Shown in pieces: positions 28,201 through 36,900 of a DNA stretch of 53,113 bases. Under the pieces are notes generated by a model that did not search any database, was not told where the DNA came from, and saw only the letters and a program-made list of their open reading frames with translations. Numbering within the stretch: the first letter of the stretch is position 1; each line of letters starts with the position of its first letter. The DNA comes from Verrucomicrobiales bacterium (GTDB taxonomy: Bacteria; Verrucomicrobiota; Verrucomicrobiia; Verrucomicrobiales; V1-33), in contig JANOAV010000117.1 of NCBI GenBank assembly GCA_031411295.1, positions 1-53,113 of the forward strand, written 5' to 3'. The translations under genes and the position numbers were made by a program.

Positions 28201-30605
28201 ACGTTATGTTTCATCACTACGCCGCTACTGACGAGGTCCCCGGTAGCGCCATTGATATTGATCGTCGTAACCGCAGTGCCCAGAGCATCCGCGTTTTGAT
28301 ATTCGATCGTGCCAGCAGAGATCGTCACGTTACCAGTGAAGCCCGTATTGGCAGTTGCGATTTGCACCACCCCGGCCCCGGTCTTCGTCAGCATGCCAGA
28401 TCCTGTGAGCTGCCCTGCGTCGTTGATCAAAATTTTCCCCGTCGAGCCAGGAGCCACCACATCAAACGTGCCACCCGCAGCCCCGAGGGTAAAGATCCGC
28501 GTTGCGGCGGGATCATGCGTAGCGACTGGAATGAAACTCAAGCCCCCACCATCCAGCAAAATGGTGTTACTCACATTTCCCAGCGCTCCATCCGCATTAT
28601 AAGCGATCAGGCCAGCATTCGCAGTAATGCCGCCAGCAAAGGTATTGCCATTATTGAGCAAATTCAGCGTCTGCGTGCCCGCCTTGATGATGCCGCCATT
28701 CTGAAGTAACGTTTCGATCGTGGCATCGTTTTTAGCAAAGCCAGGAGTGGTCGTGCCTACAGTAATCGTGCGCACCGCACCACCGAGATCTAAAAATCCA
28801 CTTGGAGTAGAAGTGGCGTAAGTTCCAGTGCCAGTAATCGTAACTTCCCGTCCGGTGTTGCCCACCGCTCCCCGATTGTTATTCAGCGAGAGATTTCCGG
28901 TCAGTGTCAGCACCCCGGCCGCCCCAGTGGAAACAAAGTTCCCACCATTCGTGGTGCCGTTCATGGTGATGGCACCCAGCGTTTCAGAGAAATTATTCAG
29001 ATTGAAATTCGCCAACGTGCCTCCAGCGGAGTTCAGTGTGAGCGCAGCTGCATCATTGATCTGGTTGTTTGCCAGCAAGCGCACGGAAGCAGGAAGGGCA
29101 GTTGTGCTGTTAATCACAATCCCACCCGAGCCAATGGCGTCTGTTCCCATCGCTTTGTTCAGATCCACCACACCACCGTTGACAATCACTTGGCCAGCAG
29201 TGGCGTTAGCCGCAGTATCCGCAACGCCACCGCCCAGCACCACGGTGCCCAGACCAGTCTTGGTTAGCGCATTTCCAGCGCCACTGGTAACCGTGCCAGA
29301 AACGGTCAAGGTTAGGCCCGTGCCATTATTCAGCGTGCCTCCACCAGCATTAATCGTAAGCGCCCGGTTCACGCCCAGATCCAACGCAGCCGTTGCCGCA
29401 AGCGTGCCCCCGCCGAAGGAAATGGTATTTCCAGCAATTCCGCTGCCCAGATTGGCTGCCAGCGAAATATTTACCGTGCCGCCATTAATGCTAGTCAGCC
29501 CGGCATACGTGTTAGTCCCAGACAGCGTTAACGTCCCCGCTCCAGTCTTGGTTAGTTTCCCTGTGCCAATCGAATTGCTGATGGTATTGGCAATCGTAGT
29601 CGTCCCCGCACCGCCCACCGTGAAGGTATTTCCCTTCAGATCCAGCGTCGTTCCCGTGTAAGCCAGAGTGCCGCCCGCAGCCACCTGCGAAGCCAGATCC
29701 GAGTCCAGGAAAACGTTGCCGGACAGGGTGTTCGTGCCACTGGTATTCTGGGAGTCGAGCAGCAAGGCCCCGGACGTATTCCCGGAAACTGAATTGATAT
29801 TCCCCGCAAACGACTGCGTGCCCGTCGCTACAGTCAGCTGCAACGTGCCGCCCTTGGTCAAATCTTGATTTCCCGTGGTTCCGAAGTCCCCGCCCAGACG
29901 CAGCCCAGACGTGGTGATGCTTCCACCAGTGTTCAACTTCAGCACCCCGCCATTCATCAGATAAATGTCACCAGAGGTAAAGGCACCCGCCACACCCATC
30001 GTGGTGTTGGTGCCAGTGGTGGCGAAATATTTCGTGCTGGCAGCAACGGTGCCATTAAAGTCCGTCGTCTGCCCAGCGCCCCAGAGCTTGATTCCATCCA
30101 CCGAACTCCCATTCACCGTCAACGTCTTGCCTGATCCAAAAACGATCCCCGCGTTGACCGCATTAATTTCCCCGAACGGATTCGGCGGACTGGCGTTGTT
30201 AGCGGCAAAAATCACATCCGCATTGACCGTGACCACCCCGGTGCTGTTATTCTCCAACTTCGCCTGCGTGCCCCCGTTATCATACAACGTCAGCGCCCCC
30301 GCGCCTGACGCATTCAAGATCCACGCGCTGGTGCCATTCCAGTTCACCTGGTTCATGGAATACGCCGCATCGATCACATTCGTGTTCCCAACCCCGCCTG
30401 CAAACACCAGCGTGCCGTAAGCAGGAGGCGTGTTAGGATCCCAATTGGTGTCATCCGACCACAGAAAACTGCCGCCAGCACCCCCATCCCAGTTCTGACC
30501 TGCTCGCGCAGAAACTGTAGTTAAACCAGTGTAAGCTGCCACCAAAGCGGCCAGCATCGCACGTGGGTGTGCCGGAGCGAAAGAAAGAATTAGAGGACGT
30601 TTCAT
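16092..30605 (-). CDS. Giant surface protein (about 4837 aa): autotransporter-associated beta-strand repeats, two PA14-like domains, PEP-CTERM anchor
   Basis: Start at MKRPLILSF (signal peptide ending ARA). Many LTKTGAGTLTLSGTNTYAGLTSINGG-type repeats. PA14-like WKGLLNITTAGTYQFKGNDDDNLVLYIDG and YTGYVKDNDGVFSFAGNQDDNLGVWIDG. Ends VPEPS-TM-KERRR. No C-terminal beta-barrel. Confidence 0.92.
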   Translation of the reverse strand: MKRPLILSFAPAHPRAMLAALVAAYTGLTTVSARAGQNWDGGAGGSFLWSDDTNWDPNTPPAYGTLVFAGGVGNTNVIDAAYSMNQVNWNGTSAWILNASGAGALTLYDNGGTQAKLENNSTGVVTVNADVIFAANNASPPNPFGEINAVNAGIVFGSGKTLTVNGSSVDGIKLWGAGQTTDFNGTVAASTKYFATTGTNTTMGVAGAFTSGDIYLMNGGVLKLNTGGSITTSGLRLGGDFGTTGNQDLTKGGTLQLTVATGTQSFAGNINSVSGNTSGALLLDSQNTSGTNTLSGNVFLDSDLASQVAAGGTLAYTGTTLDLKGNTFTVGGAGTTTIANTISNSIGTGKLTKTGAGTLTLSGTNTYAGLTSINGGTVNISLAANLGSGIAGNTISFGGGTLAATAALDLGVNRALTINAGGGTLNNGTGLTLTVSGTVTSGAGNALTKTGLGTVVLGGGVADTAANATAGQVIVNGGVVDLNKAMGTDAIGSGGIVINSTTALPASVRLLANNQINDAAALTLNSAGGTLANFNLNNFSETLGAITMNGTTNGGNFVSTGAAGVLTLTGNLSLNNNRGAVGNTGREVTITGTGTYATSTPSGFLDLGGAVRTITVGTTTPGFAKNDATIETLLQNGGIIKAGTQTLNLLNNGNTFAGGITANAGLIAYNADGALGNVSNTILLDGGGLSFIPVATHDPAATRIFTLGAAGGTFDVVAPGSTGKILINDAGQLTGSGMLTKTGAGVVQIATANTGFTGNVTISAGTIEYQNADALGTAVTTININGATGDLVSSGVVMKHNVNLTNGGIISSNSGTNNDFQGTINVGTGGGTAALRQFQATATANAFKISGPITGAGNLTATAPSAATLTLAGSRAGHTGEVIAGTNATVLPTSLSALGGGGFGLAGGTLRIGALSTASTAGVNGLNATYYNFGSNPGIASTQFVSDTLYLNPRAFTRTDAGVNMPQAGASGGLPIIPVAGYSQAGAGAISNGAMWKGLLNITTAGTYQFKGNDDDNLVLYIDGVQIGTLGVVSALTNIGTAVPLSAGAHSIVVKHTNGTGGGYARVLYNGGLGSDAPADELLGADAGSVTTGSLNAIDLGAVAMTAGSTLDLLNDATTSSLSLGNGTLTITSQTLNGLSAASGTITAATPTLAVQSNPLIFTGGISESSAGLGLNIAGPGVVEFQAANNYTGTTTVTGGLLRLNASGNSIAGNLTINVANANGDVVNVRLVQANQIADTATLTMTQGILDLGANNDTIGTLVSNGGRIMGGGTLTVANLGASTLTAGAINVNLGGAGGLNKTGTGTLALGGAASTFTGVTAVSNGTLLLNSGSLGAGGAGNETTVTSTGQLVLNGSSNLSGETVNVDVNNGLRVAGGTSTIGTLNFTAGATAPVITTAANGELMLNAAPSATANISKLGAGTLTFNYNVGATLPANVIHNAGALGFNVAQSFGAATIPANRQFKFNVNPVGVDVTAPTSTAVIAGYAADQALLGQINAASTGALALGVNSSNNLDFTADPTLSLGAVGLRTYGGTITPGASGYRLGGGGGTLTLTTPLTGSNALTIDEPGTVDLRGVQTFTGAITVDGVGSSLRVINNSQLGTATNGLTLSNGGTLQLIGSLHDANKVGALFHQVGNVLASGARTITIGTGGGTIDTVAHSLNSNFQTLSGVNALTGSGTLTKTGYGELILLSSSNFSGDLVIGSNGGRVQIRAGGDLPNINSVTIGQSGELIIHNNGALGTRQFPEASDADRIKDTAPITLNGGSLFYIGNDAVATNEQETVGNVILGVGRNQLQINRSGGTGTAGAQLNLTNLTRAVGGGVLHIAGSLGTLGTPTGDNARINPLLLNGVALPASTANGVTLPWATTTNAANFAGVSVTGLTGIVDLPSTSVANVTLTPVVGTRYTFTPTLAAQTLTLAAGNQQMAGLRFVTNLGTPTLAFTNAADTLFLGEGVVIGDNNSQVRAIGTAAIRGKITAGLSGAAAGAKELFFHQNQNVLAVESVITDNNGSVMVHKGVGGGTLELRAANTYSGGTIVHQGRINAIVAGSLGTGPVTVKGSAIELRAAGTTSSTQGFTITDSSELYLQNNAGVYTTAGDRFTLVGPGNMLTGGNGTPGQGLNSLTRVDTITAGGQIIIAAGTHIRVQTAPNGVLDVGMPLNIGTNADLYFNLGGGGGLNQSITVGAGTPWKGLGSSVGTGWAQGTINANSDFTIQGLNRTGGNITYAIGSTTVAGGYAINNLSGGAINAFLDGRVDFTEDTPMVLPSNLTFVAMPGSYVVPTYSQSFGYDTLGMSRASLLAQAGSTIDPGNFVPIGAAAGMPQGMPYPVPSPINTNAIFEADSRLLNNDVSGIGSTTGSATWTLKADSIHQIQTVAAFLGSNSGLINAGQFVYEPGAIIRYETGRLFRHDQFINNEPNGKQTVLEIFNANRDITDAVNPFIVVAPGSPTVEAMTLRFGNGGMITNDSSDRTINDRRGRFALEDGAVLAATTQTNLNITENFDVAAGATVTIGSSRYVDGNPKNGLVQFTGPQSNVFGAGAKLSVLDGSAFSLAAANTFPDTTPIELPAAVTNVAPAGAAGFNPGNGSTLLLNVANFAEVVGHVTGDGSIIANQGGAYLGINATSDFSSNIRFRSANAQQANLWKIGSGSLTLTGSSDSTGIAAVANGKLILSGTGNTAFSENRLQKGGIIELDNTAAALSNRLGGSVLVANALNKNLTPMGGTLNLIGNASTAVEERLANLFNSAGNFGSFQGVTGYTTLKITPGAAKTTILVNSAENFQGAGIAQQRSGTWVINSPTAGNVPMTYLAAGGISGGIAPGTTTNSNGLVQIASPNFNAIGSFGIQAGGSYGSAGTAVAATRPDYLGDANNDGVPEGFMTEDGVLLPVTNTSGTAVLTGVQTSGLVAGMLVQGFVPNGTRILTVDSATQVTLTANTTAAATNMQFISGGMRNLAASEYSSYFRDNQSVGLNVKLAGTVSTTGDTRVQTLTMTPGSTLNITGALPFTESLGRFHLNSGGIFVQSGAASTINGATVGSNRNFLQANGGASLFLHTLGDLNLNAMVFTDNAIVKTGAGTLNVGAEAFTAFRGTLQIDAGTVNLGANNSFSSIRQTNGSSSSNNLYLNGGTLNLNGNSQMINTLNNNNELPGMGGTVTSTTAATITVTGGGRFSGTVGGAISIDKNANNTLLLTSGNPYTGTTLVRAGTLSLRDSGALSGTSSVEVQNATLQFDNSYLSNVANRIAPTVPVTLRGGTINLTGAAGQVASQTINALTIGHGQNTISSNAGGGGANEVNIGNLIRSANSGAVINFGQNYGFLGTAGSNTSAIRDFITNVNGSPLALTNNILPTWIIANGDHFATYNATTGLSSLSNTEDGYANYESGDVTLATATQNVNDGAARTLTASKSINAWRMAPGANITNTYNDGVGLTVASGGLISNANVTISHSAAANARGNSITSGTGELMYWVNQNQNGINIPITGNIDLVKAGGGGLNLAASALITGTVPVGTTITMSNTTGMEVGDPVTSGTASVFPAGTVIQSIIPGVSITLNQAATTAGADFRVTFGNTYTGKTYVNGGTLTLNQLAASQTALAVPGDIVINGATVTEANVGGQLKNNANITLVGGGRFNFVDLAGVTETIGSVTFLDGAGANANSNIDRANSRLTSIINLSAPTAITATNTNPSTATPLIGGFAGTIGFTNAGGSTLNVTSPTAVNGVLATGLTISARIGSVPTGISEGGLIKAGNGLLALRPDQNPTFGATAATTINTNVVTGLVGAITGTTPLVVGQTITGSVAGIPANSYIVSIDSDTQIKISQNATATTSANTITGLVMNQFGNPGTLTDVFNVQSGVVRFDTAGAMGSSKANTTVQSGAVILGSNTAGTTMIGSVTMKDGSTMGATLNSFTLGAATLTAANQSIFNVPSGNIHLAAYDYYLPSTNGGTITINGRLTGSGNINIYGSQLTQGNGGGGIITLGNPLLSGAGAGQNNYSGTISVGVNSILANQVALIAGSGITRTTGNAMGSAIIKLDGGRLRLRDDASTTADVSNITVTYGNNVTLAGNSWIDANRQTSTTASGNIINLGTLTVASGTKVLNVDSGNNYQVGFASLDGPGTLIKAGGSRLNINAIAGTFSGNIGIAGPVGITVGPTFNAVGTQNLVLPTTASLNNFDINGLYITEASKTLNLTGTFAVNANPGTGVNNMANVAGRVAVTNTTVINAATIANNGVIGPVGGTSTLTASTGFTGSGIYLTTSATGGVTTSNPLTLAGNVTAGTLRTAGLNTVTITGSAHTPAAAEVQSGTLKLAPVASVTTTGTLNTFGSAASVASGTTAPIDAVTGTLEFAPGTTATHTGNISNSGLVKVSSGTTTVTGVISGSAATRYVPGLLEGVVMGTTAFTTDGTRPANPGNFGIQMEPRMLQNSSVTQQALTGHLDNDVWVYTGYVKDNDGVFSFAGNQDDNLGVWIDGTLVLNSGGNVVGSTAYKNTQNATGPTTPNGNAGTPSQNFGAGIAIPGYGTGWHLVEIRMRNGTGGAGPWGNNGFTTNYGFGYKDGIGALDGADYIKPIDDGTGNLFLTALGSKGNVQIEATSTLLSGGVTLTKNLTMASATTGAKLQLTSNILSDVDNVIISGSTGKATLDVLDSAAQFTVNTSLNLAAGTTLKKDGPGTVKLSNSTATAGAGAAIEVNGGTLLLGANNALPATSDLNLSTGTTLATGGFSASTGKLTLAGAIIDMGANASGSVLTFTDVGTWSGILNVWNYTGSPWVAGTDKLIFSANINTINLANVNFYTDGGVTPYDAMGGAAIVGGNELVPVPEPSAIMSLLALFGLAGYKERRRFFHFRK

Positions 30606-30816
30606 AGTTTGGTCAGGATATGGAGTGACATGAGCCCGAATCGCAATCGGGGGAGAATGCGAAATCGAGAATTGTCCGATGGTTAACAATTAAGAAATTT
30701 AGGCCAAGCAAAATTTAATTATATTTCATAGGGGAAATCCTTAGCTTTATCCTCCGGACCCGCAAAGCATCGCATGACATATGCAATTCGCTGAGAATTA
30801 GCAAATTGGCTTGGCA

Positions 30817-30845
30817 CGAATGCAGGCTTTGTTTCCCTGCGTTCG
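30817..30845. terminator. Imperfect stem-loop just downstream of the stop of the 3762-aa gene
   Basis: CGAATGCAGG-N9-CCTGCGTTCG, 7 nt after the stop at 30853; one mismatch/wobble; no clear U-tract. Confidence 0.35.
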
Positions 30846-30852
30846 GCAGCGG

Positions 30853-30963
30853 TTACTTCCGGAAGTGGAAGAAGCGACGGCGTTCTTTGTAGCCAGCGAG
30901 GCCAAAGAGAGCGAGGAGGCTCATGATGGCGGAGGGTTCGGGGACGGGGACGAGTTCGTTGCC
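30853..30963. repeat. Copy 2 of 111-bp direct repeat (PEP-CTERM-coding tail)
   Basis: 106/111 nt identical to 16092-16202. Confidence 0.95.
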
Positions 30964-33900
30964 GATGAGCGCTCCGGCGGTGCCTATATTCATGTTGCCG
31001 CTATCACTAAAGAAGCTGACGTTGGCCAAATTGATGTTGGCGGTGCCTGCGGTAAACAGTAGTTTGTCAGAACCAGGGAGGTATTTGGTGCCGTCGTAGT
31101 TCCAGACTTGGAGCATGCCGGTCCAGGCGGCTACGTCGCCAAAGGTCAGGATGCTGGTGCTGCCTGCCCCCATGTCGAAGATGGCATTGCCGTTCACACT
31201 GAGGGCTCCCGTGGTGTCGCTAAAGCCGCCCGTGGCCAGCGTGGTGCCGGTGCTCAGTTTGAGCGGAGCGGTGTTGAGTAGGAGGTCGTTTCCACCTAGC
31301 AAGAGAGTGCCGCCTTTGAGGTCGGTGGTTCCGGTGTAGGTGCTCTTGCCAGTGATGGTTTCCACGCCGCTGCTCTGTTTTTCCAGGCCACCAGCTCCGC
31401 CGAAGGAATTTGGGGTGACGTGGGCGTTGCTGCCGTGATCAATGCCGGCCACGGTCCCTGCGGAAATGGTGACATTGCCGCTGCCGAAGCTCCCCGTAGC
31501 CCCGCCGTTGCCTGCAAATAGGCTGCCTCCGTTGATGACCACAGGACCGGTTAGCGTGTTGTCGGAAGTGAGGCTGGTTTTGCCAGTGCCGTTTTGCAGC
31601 AAGGCACCACCACCGCTGATGACGGGGGCGATGGTCACGGCATCACTGCGATTAATCACGAGTTGGGTGTTGGTGCTGGTGGTGACGCCACTGGTGCCAG
31701 CAAGCGTGCCGGTGGTGCCGCCCACGCCGATTTGCAGGTAGCCGCCACTGATGGTGGTGGTTCCGGTAAAGGTGTTGTTCCCTGCGAAGACCGCTCCGCC
31801 GTTGCCGACTTTCGTAATGGCCACCGCCCCTGCTCCGTCCTGCACATTTCCATAATAGGCAGGGCCGGAGGTGTGGTTAACGCCTAGCGTTAGGGTGGAG
31901 GTGGTGCTGGCCGCTGTGTTCGTCACCGTTCCGCCCAGACCGATGAGGGCTCCGATGCCTTCACTCTGTCCATTGAGATCGAAGGTGCCGCCATTTACCA
32001 CCACGGGAACGCCAGTGCCAGCATTGAGCCCACCGTCGTAGATTTGGTCGCCACCCGTGCCAGCAAGACGGAGCGTTCCGCTGTTGACCACGAGCGAGCC
32101 GCCGATGGCATGGACGCTGCCAGAGCTGGTCTTATTGAGTTCCACGATGCCCCCGTTGACTAGCACGCGTCCAGTGTTGTTATCCAAGGTGCCGCCGATA
32201 CTCAGCGTGCCGCCAGTGGCTTCGATGATGAGACCGCCGCCAGCATTGCCATTGATCTGGCCGTTGTAGGTGCCGCCGTTGTTGATGGTAAGGGCCATGG
32301 GGCCGGCAGCGATGCTCTGCACGAGGGCGTTGACGTTGGTGGAGTTCAACTGGCCGATGGTTTCGCTGTCGCCATTCAGTTGGAAGGTGGCGGCTCCAGC
32401 GCCCAGCAGGTTTACCTTGACGTTGTCAGGTAGTTGATTGCGGGGATCGCTAAAGGCTCCGCTGCCGACTTGCAGGATGGTGGCGTCATTGATGTTAATG
32501 TCCGTGGCAGTGAAATTATTTTCGTTTTCGATCGTTACCCGTCCGGACGCTCCACCGCTGGTATTAGCAATGGTCAGCGTGCCCACATTTCCAGAAATGG
32601 TGCCTACGAAGGAGGTGCGGTCAAGATTACCACCGAAGATCGTGGGGCGGTTCAGTTCCACCGCTCCACTAAAGATAGCATTGATGGCCGCAACATTGTT
32701 TTGGCTGCCGATGGTCACAGTGCCAGACCCGAGCGCAGACACCGTGATGTGATGAGGAACCGTGAGGGCTGCCGTGTGGTTCACCAGCAGGGCAATGTTA
32801 TCCGCTCCGGTGATGGCATCCCCCAGGGTCACCTGAGTTGCCAGCAGGCCCGTGGCGTTGTTTCCACCGAAGCCAGTGGCATTATTCGTAGTCACGGTGC
32901 CCTTAGCCACGGTTAGTCCGCCGGCAAAGGAATTGGTGGCGTTCAGACTCAGAATCCCGGTTCCTTCCTGGCGCACTTCGCCAAAGCCGCTGATGATAGC
33001 CCCGACAGTGACGGTATCGGAACGACTCCATGCCAAGATGGCGTCATTGACGAAGGGATTCTGGATGGCGGTGTTGATAGGGCCGGCAATGGAGCCGTTC
33101 GTGGTGCCGTCGCCAATGATGAGCTTCCCGCCGTTGACGGTCAGCGCTCCGTTGAAGGTGTTCGTGCCCGTGAGTCGCAACGTGCCATCGCCCGCCTTGA
33201 CAAGGCCAGTGGAGTAGCCTCCGAAGGTCAGCGCTACAGCCGTATTTACAGCCGCAATGGTTTGGTTGAGTGTGATCTGTGTGCCGCTATCGACGGAATT
33301 GATGAAAGATCCCGCTGGAATCGTGCCGCCGGAAACTGGCATGCCGCGATAGAGGTTGGCGGTAGAAGCTAAGCCCGTTAAAACAGCAACGCCAGCGGTA
33401 TTGGTGCCGTTCTGTGTGGCGGCAGCTCCCACAGGATTTCCGAGCACGGCGGAAATGACGACTTCCTGGCTGGTATTATGTTGATGGATGATGAGGTCCG
33501 CTCCACGAGCATCCACTGGGGTGAGGGTGGCCGGGACGATGGTGCCTGCGGAAATGGTGACCGCATTGCTTCCAATGGCGCTACCAAACAGGATGCCGCC
33601 TTTATTTAAGCTGAGCGTGCTGCCACCCAAAGCGAGATTGAGCGGAGCAGCATTGGCGAATCGCAAGGTTCCGGTGGTGGCTGGTCCGGTAAATGCCGTC
33701 GTGGTCACATTCGTATGCGTGCCAGCGGTGTAAACGTTATTTTGATAAGCGGTAAACGCTCCGATGCGGCTATCGCCAAGCTGCGCAGCCCAATCGTTGC
33801 CATTGTAAGTGGCGTAAGCGTGCTGGGCAGTGCTGATGATGCCTGCGTCATTCAACGTATTGGAGCGAATGGCCCCGCCGTTGATGGCCCCAAAGTTCAC

Positions 33901-36900
33901 GGAGCCAGTGGCTGCGCCTGTGCCGCGTGTGAACGCTGTGAGCCGCAGATCCGTGCCTGCTGCGCCATTGCCATCGACGATGATATTTCCACCTGCTAGG
34001 GTGATGCCGTTGTCGATAAGGAACTCGGAGGTGCCGCTCGCATTGCCAGTGAGCTTCAGCGTGCCGCCGTCAAGCGTCCCGCCACCGATTTGTTGCAGCT
34101 TGGTATTGGCTCCGGTGAGGGCCAGATTCAGCGTGCCCCGACGCACGGCCAGTGGCGTGTAGGCCAGCGCCGGCATCCCGGTTAGCGTGGCCGAGGCGGA
34201 GCCCAGATTTTCAATCGTGCCCGTGCTGTTGCCGTTGATGACATTGGCGAAGGTGGCGTTGTCACTGCGGTTGAATGAGAGCGTGCCAGCCGCATTGACT
34301 TGGATGCCGCCCGCAATGGAACCGGTGGAGCCATTGAAGCCCAGCATCAGGCGACCTTGATTAATGGTGGCCCCGCCATCGGCCGTGCTGTTGCCACGCA
34401 GCATGATGCTGTTCGTGCCAAACTTCACTAAGCTGGTGCCACCAGCGATGGTGCCGTTAAAGCCGATCCAGCTTTGGCTGTTGTTTGCCGAGCTGCCTAC
34501 GCCGAGCGTGCCGCCACCCGTGACGGTGCCGCCGGTGCCCTCGAGGCGGCCGATGGTATCCGCCCTGCCGTTCATGTCAAAGGTGCCACCCCGCATGTAA
34601 ACATCCGTAAAATCGCTGATCTGGTCGGGAGCATTCGCTGCCCCGCCCAGTCGCAGCGTGCCCGCGTTGATCATGATGCCGTGGTTAGCTCCCAGCGTGC
34701 CCGTGCCGGAAGAAACCGCCTTCCCGCTGTTCCACTGGGCTCCGGCGGAGGCTTCTTTGGCCAGAACGAGAATGCCGTTATCGACCCGCAGAGCCACCCC
34801 GCTGGTAAGTCCGAAGTTGGAGTTGTCGTAAATGCCCGCGAGGGTCAGCGTGCCGCTGCCGGCCTGGACGATCTGGTTCACGGAACTGCCCCCCGTGATC
34901 TGGTTTTTCACCACGATATCGTCACTGCGGTTGAAAACGAGCTTGGCTTGGTTGCTCAGGGACACATTGCCTAGGCCGATCGACGCATCGGGCGTGCCCG
35001 CGCCTGGCAAGCTGCCGGTAGTGCCGCCGTTGCCGACTTGTAGGATGCCGTTAGTGACGCTCACCGCGCCATTGCCCGTATTATTTCCCGTGAGCACCCA
35101 GGTGCTGCTGCCATTTTTCACAATGTTCGTGAAGCCATGGGCGGGGTCGGAAATGACGGGAGCGAAGATGTTCGCAGGCGAGAAGCCGTTGGAAATGTTG
35201 TTGATGGCCACGTTGACATCGCCATTGAAACTCAGCGTCCGCGTGCTGCCCGGCGTTACGGCCAGGGCACCCGTGTTCGTCCAGTTCATGCCCGCCCAGC
35301 CTTGACTCTCCAAGGCGGCTCCATTGAGACCGATGGTAAACAAACGATCCGTGCTGTCCGCCAAACCTTGATGGCGCAGGGTGGCTCCATTGATGACGAG
35401 GTTGTCCGCACTGTTGCTGGACGTGCCGATGGATGAATTCGCTCCGCCATTAGCCAGCTTAGCAACGGTGGTCACGCCGCCTGCCAGATCCACATAACCA
35501 AGCTGCGTGGCACCAGTGTAGGTGTTGCTAGGATTCGAGATCAACACCTGATTGGCACCAGTCTTCTGTAACGTGCCGCTCCCGGAAATGAGACCAGCCA
35601 CGATGCCACCGTCTGTAGTGGCGTTATGGATCCGTGCCGTGGAGGCCAAATTTACAGTTCCCGTAACCACACTACCAGTAAGCCCGGAGAGCCGCAGCGC
35701 ACCGAAGGCACCGGTCTCACTAGCGCCTAGTCCGTTGATGCTCACATTGTTAGCAAATGCCACCCCATTCAGGATCTGCGCGTCGATCAGTGCCAGTTGG
35801 CCGCCATCTGCCACGGAAATATTTCCGAAGCCCACCCCGTTACTGCCACGCGGCATCACGCGACCGGAATTGATGATCATGCCGCCAGTAAACGTGCTGT
35901 TAATCAGGGTGCCAGCAGTGCCGTTGTCTCCCATGGCTTGCAGACTTCCGAGGCCATCCTTAATCAGTGTCACAGGCTGGAAACAGCCTGGAGCAAGGGG
36001 ATTGTCCACCACAGAGAATCGCAGATTCAATGCCTGACTGGCTTCAAATGTGCCTGCGGTGGTAATGAACAGGCGCCCCTGAGCCTCGCCAGAGGTGAGC
36101 CTGCCAGAAACCGAGGCATCGCCCATAATGATTGGATTAGCGCGAGAAATAAGACCGCCGGAATTCAGCGTCAGCAGCGCATTTCCAGTCGCCTGCACAT
36201 CGCGCTCGGCAATGAGTGCGACGATTTTCAAATCCGCGGAAATGGTGTTATGAGCCACCGTGCCGCCCGCCGTGTGCGTGGCCAACACCGTGTCTGTAGC
36301 CGTGGCAGAGCTGAGGTTCACCGGACCCGTGGCGCTGGTGGTTAGGGTTGGCGTCACTGCCACGATATTGCTACCGCTGAGGGCGGCAAAGGATGTGGTG
36401 GCATCGCTAGTGCCCGCAGTCATGCCTGCATTTATCGTTGGCAGTGTGCCTGTGATGGTCGTGGTGCTAGTGGTGTTAAAGAAAAGCCCCGTTGTGGCTG
36501 TATTCCCCAGGGTAAGACTGCTGAGGGTTAGGGTGGTAGTCCCGTTGGCCTGAGCAGGACTGAAACGACCATAGCCGTTGACCACTGCGGCTGCAGTATG
36601 GTTTCCCGCCGCGTTAGCCAGCAAACCACCATTTAAAGTGACGGTCCGCGCTACGCTCACCGCTCCATTCGTGCCGTCCAACACAAGGGCGGCATCCGCT
36701 GCTATTCTCAATGCTCCGGTGCCATTGATGACGGTCCCCGATGTAAGATAAGTGATTCCGCCAAGCAGATTCAGATCTCCATTACCTGTGCCTGTGGCAC
36801 CTCTGATCTCCAAAGATGAACGGTCGAATTTCGTAAGGCTAAAGCCGTTGAGATCCAAGTTCGCATTATTCAACACAATAAACCGATTTATGGCTAAATT

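Noticed and set aside
30812..30827. TGGCACG resembling a sigma54 -24 box
   Set aside because: No GC at the required -12 spacing, and it points into the 3' end of a convergent gene.
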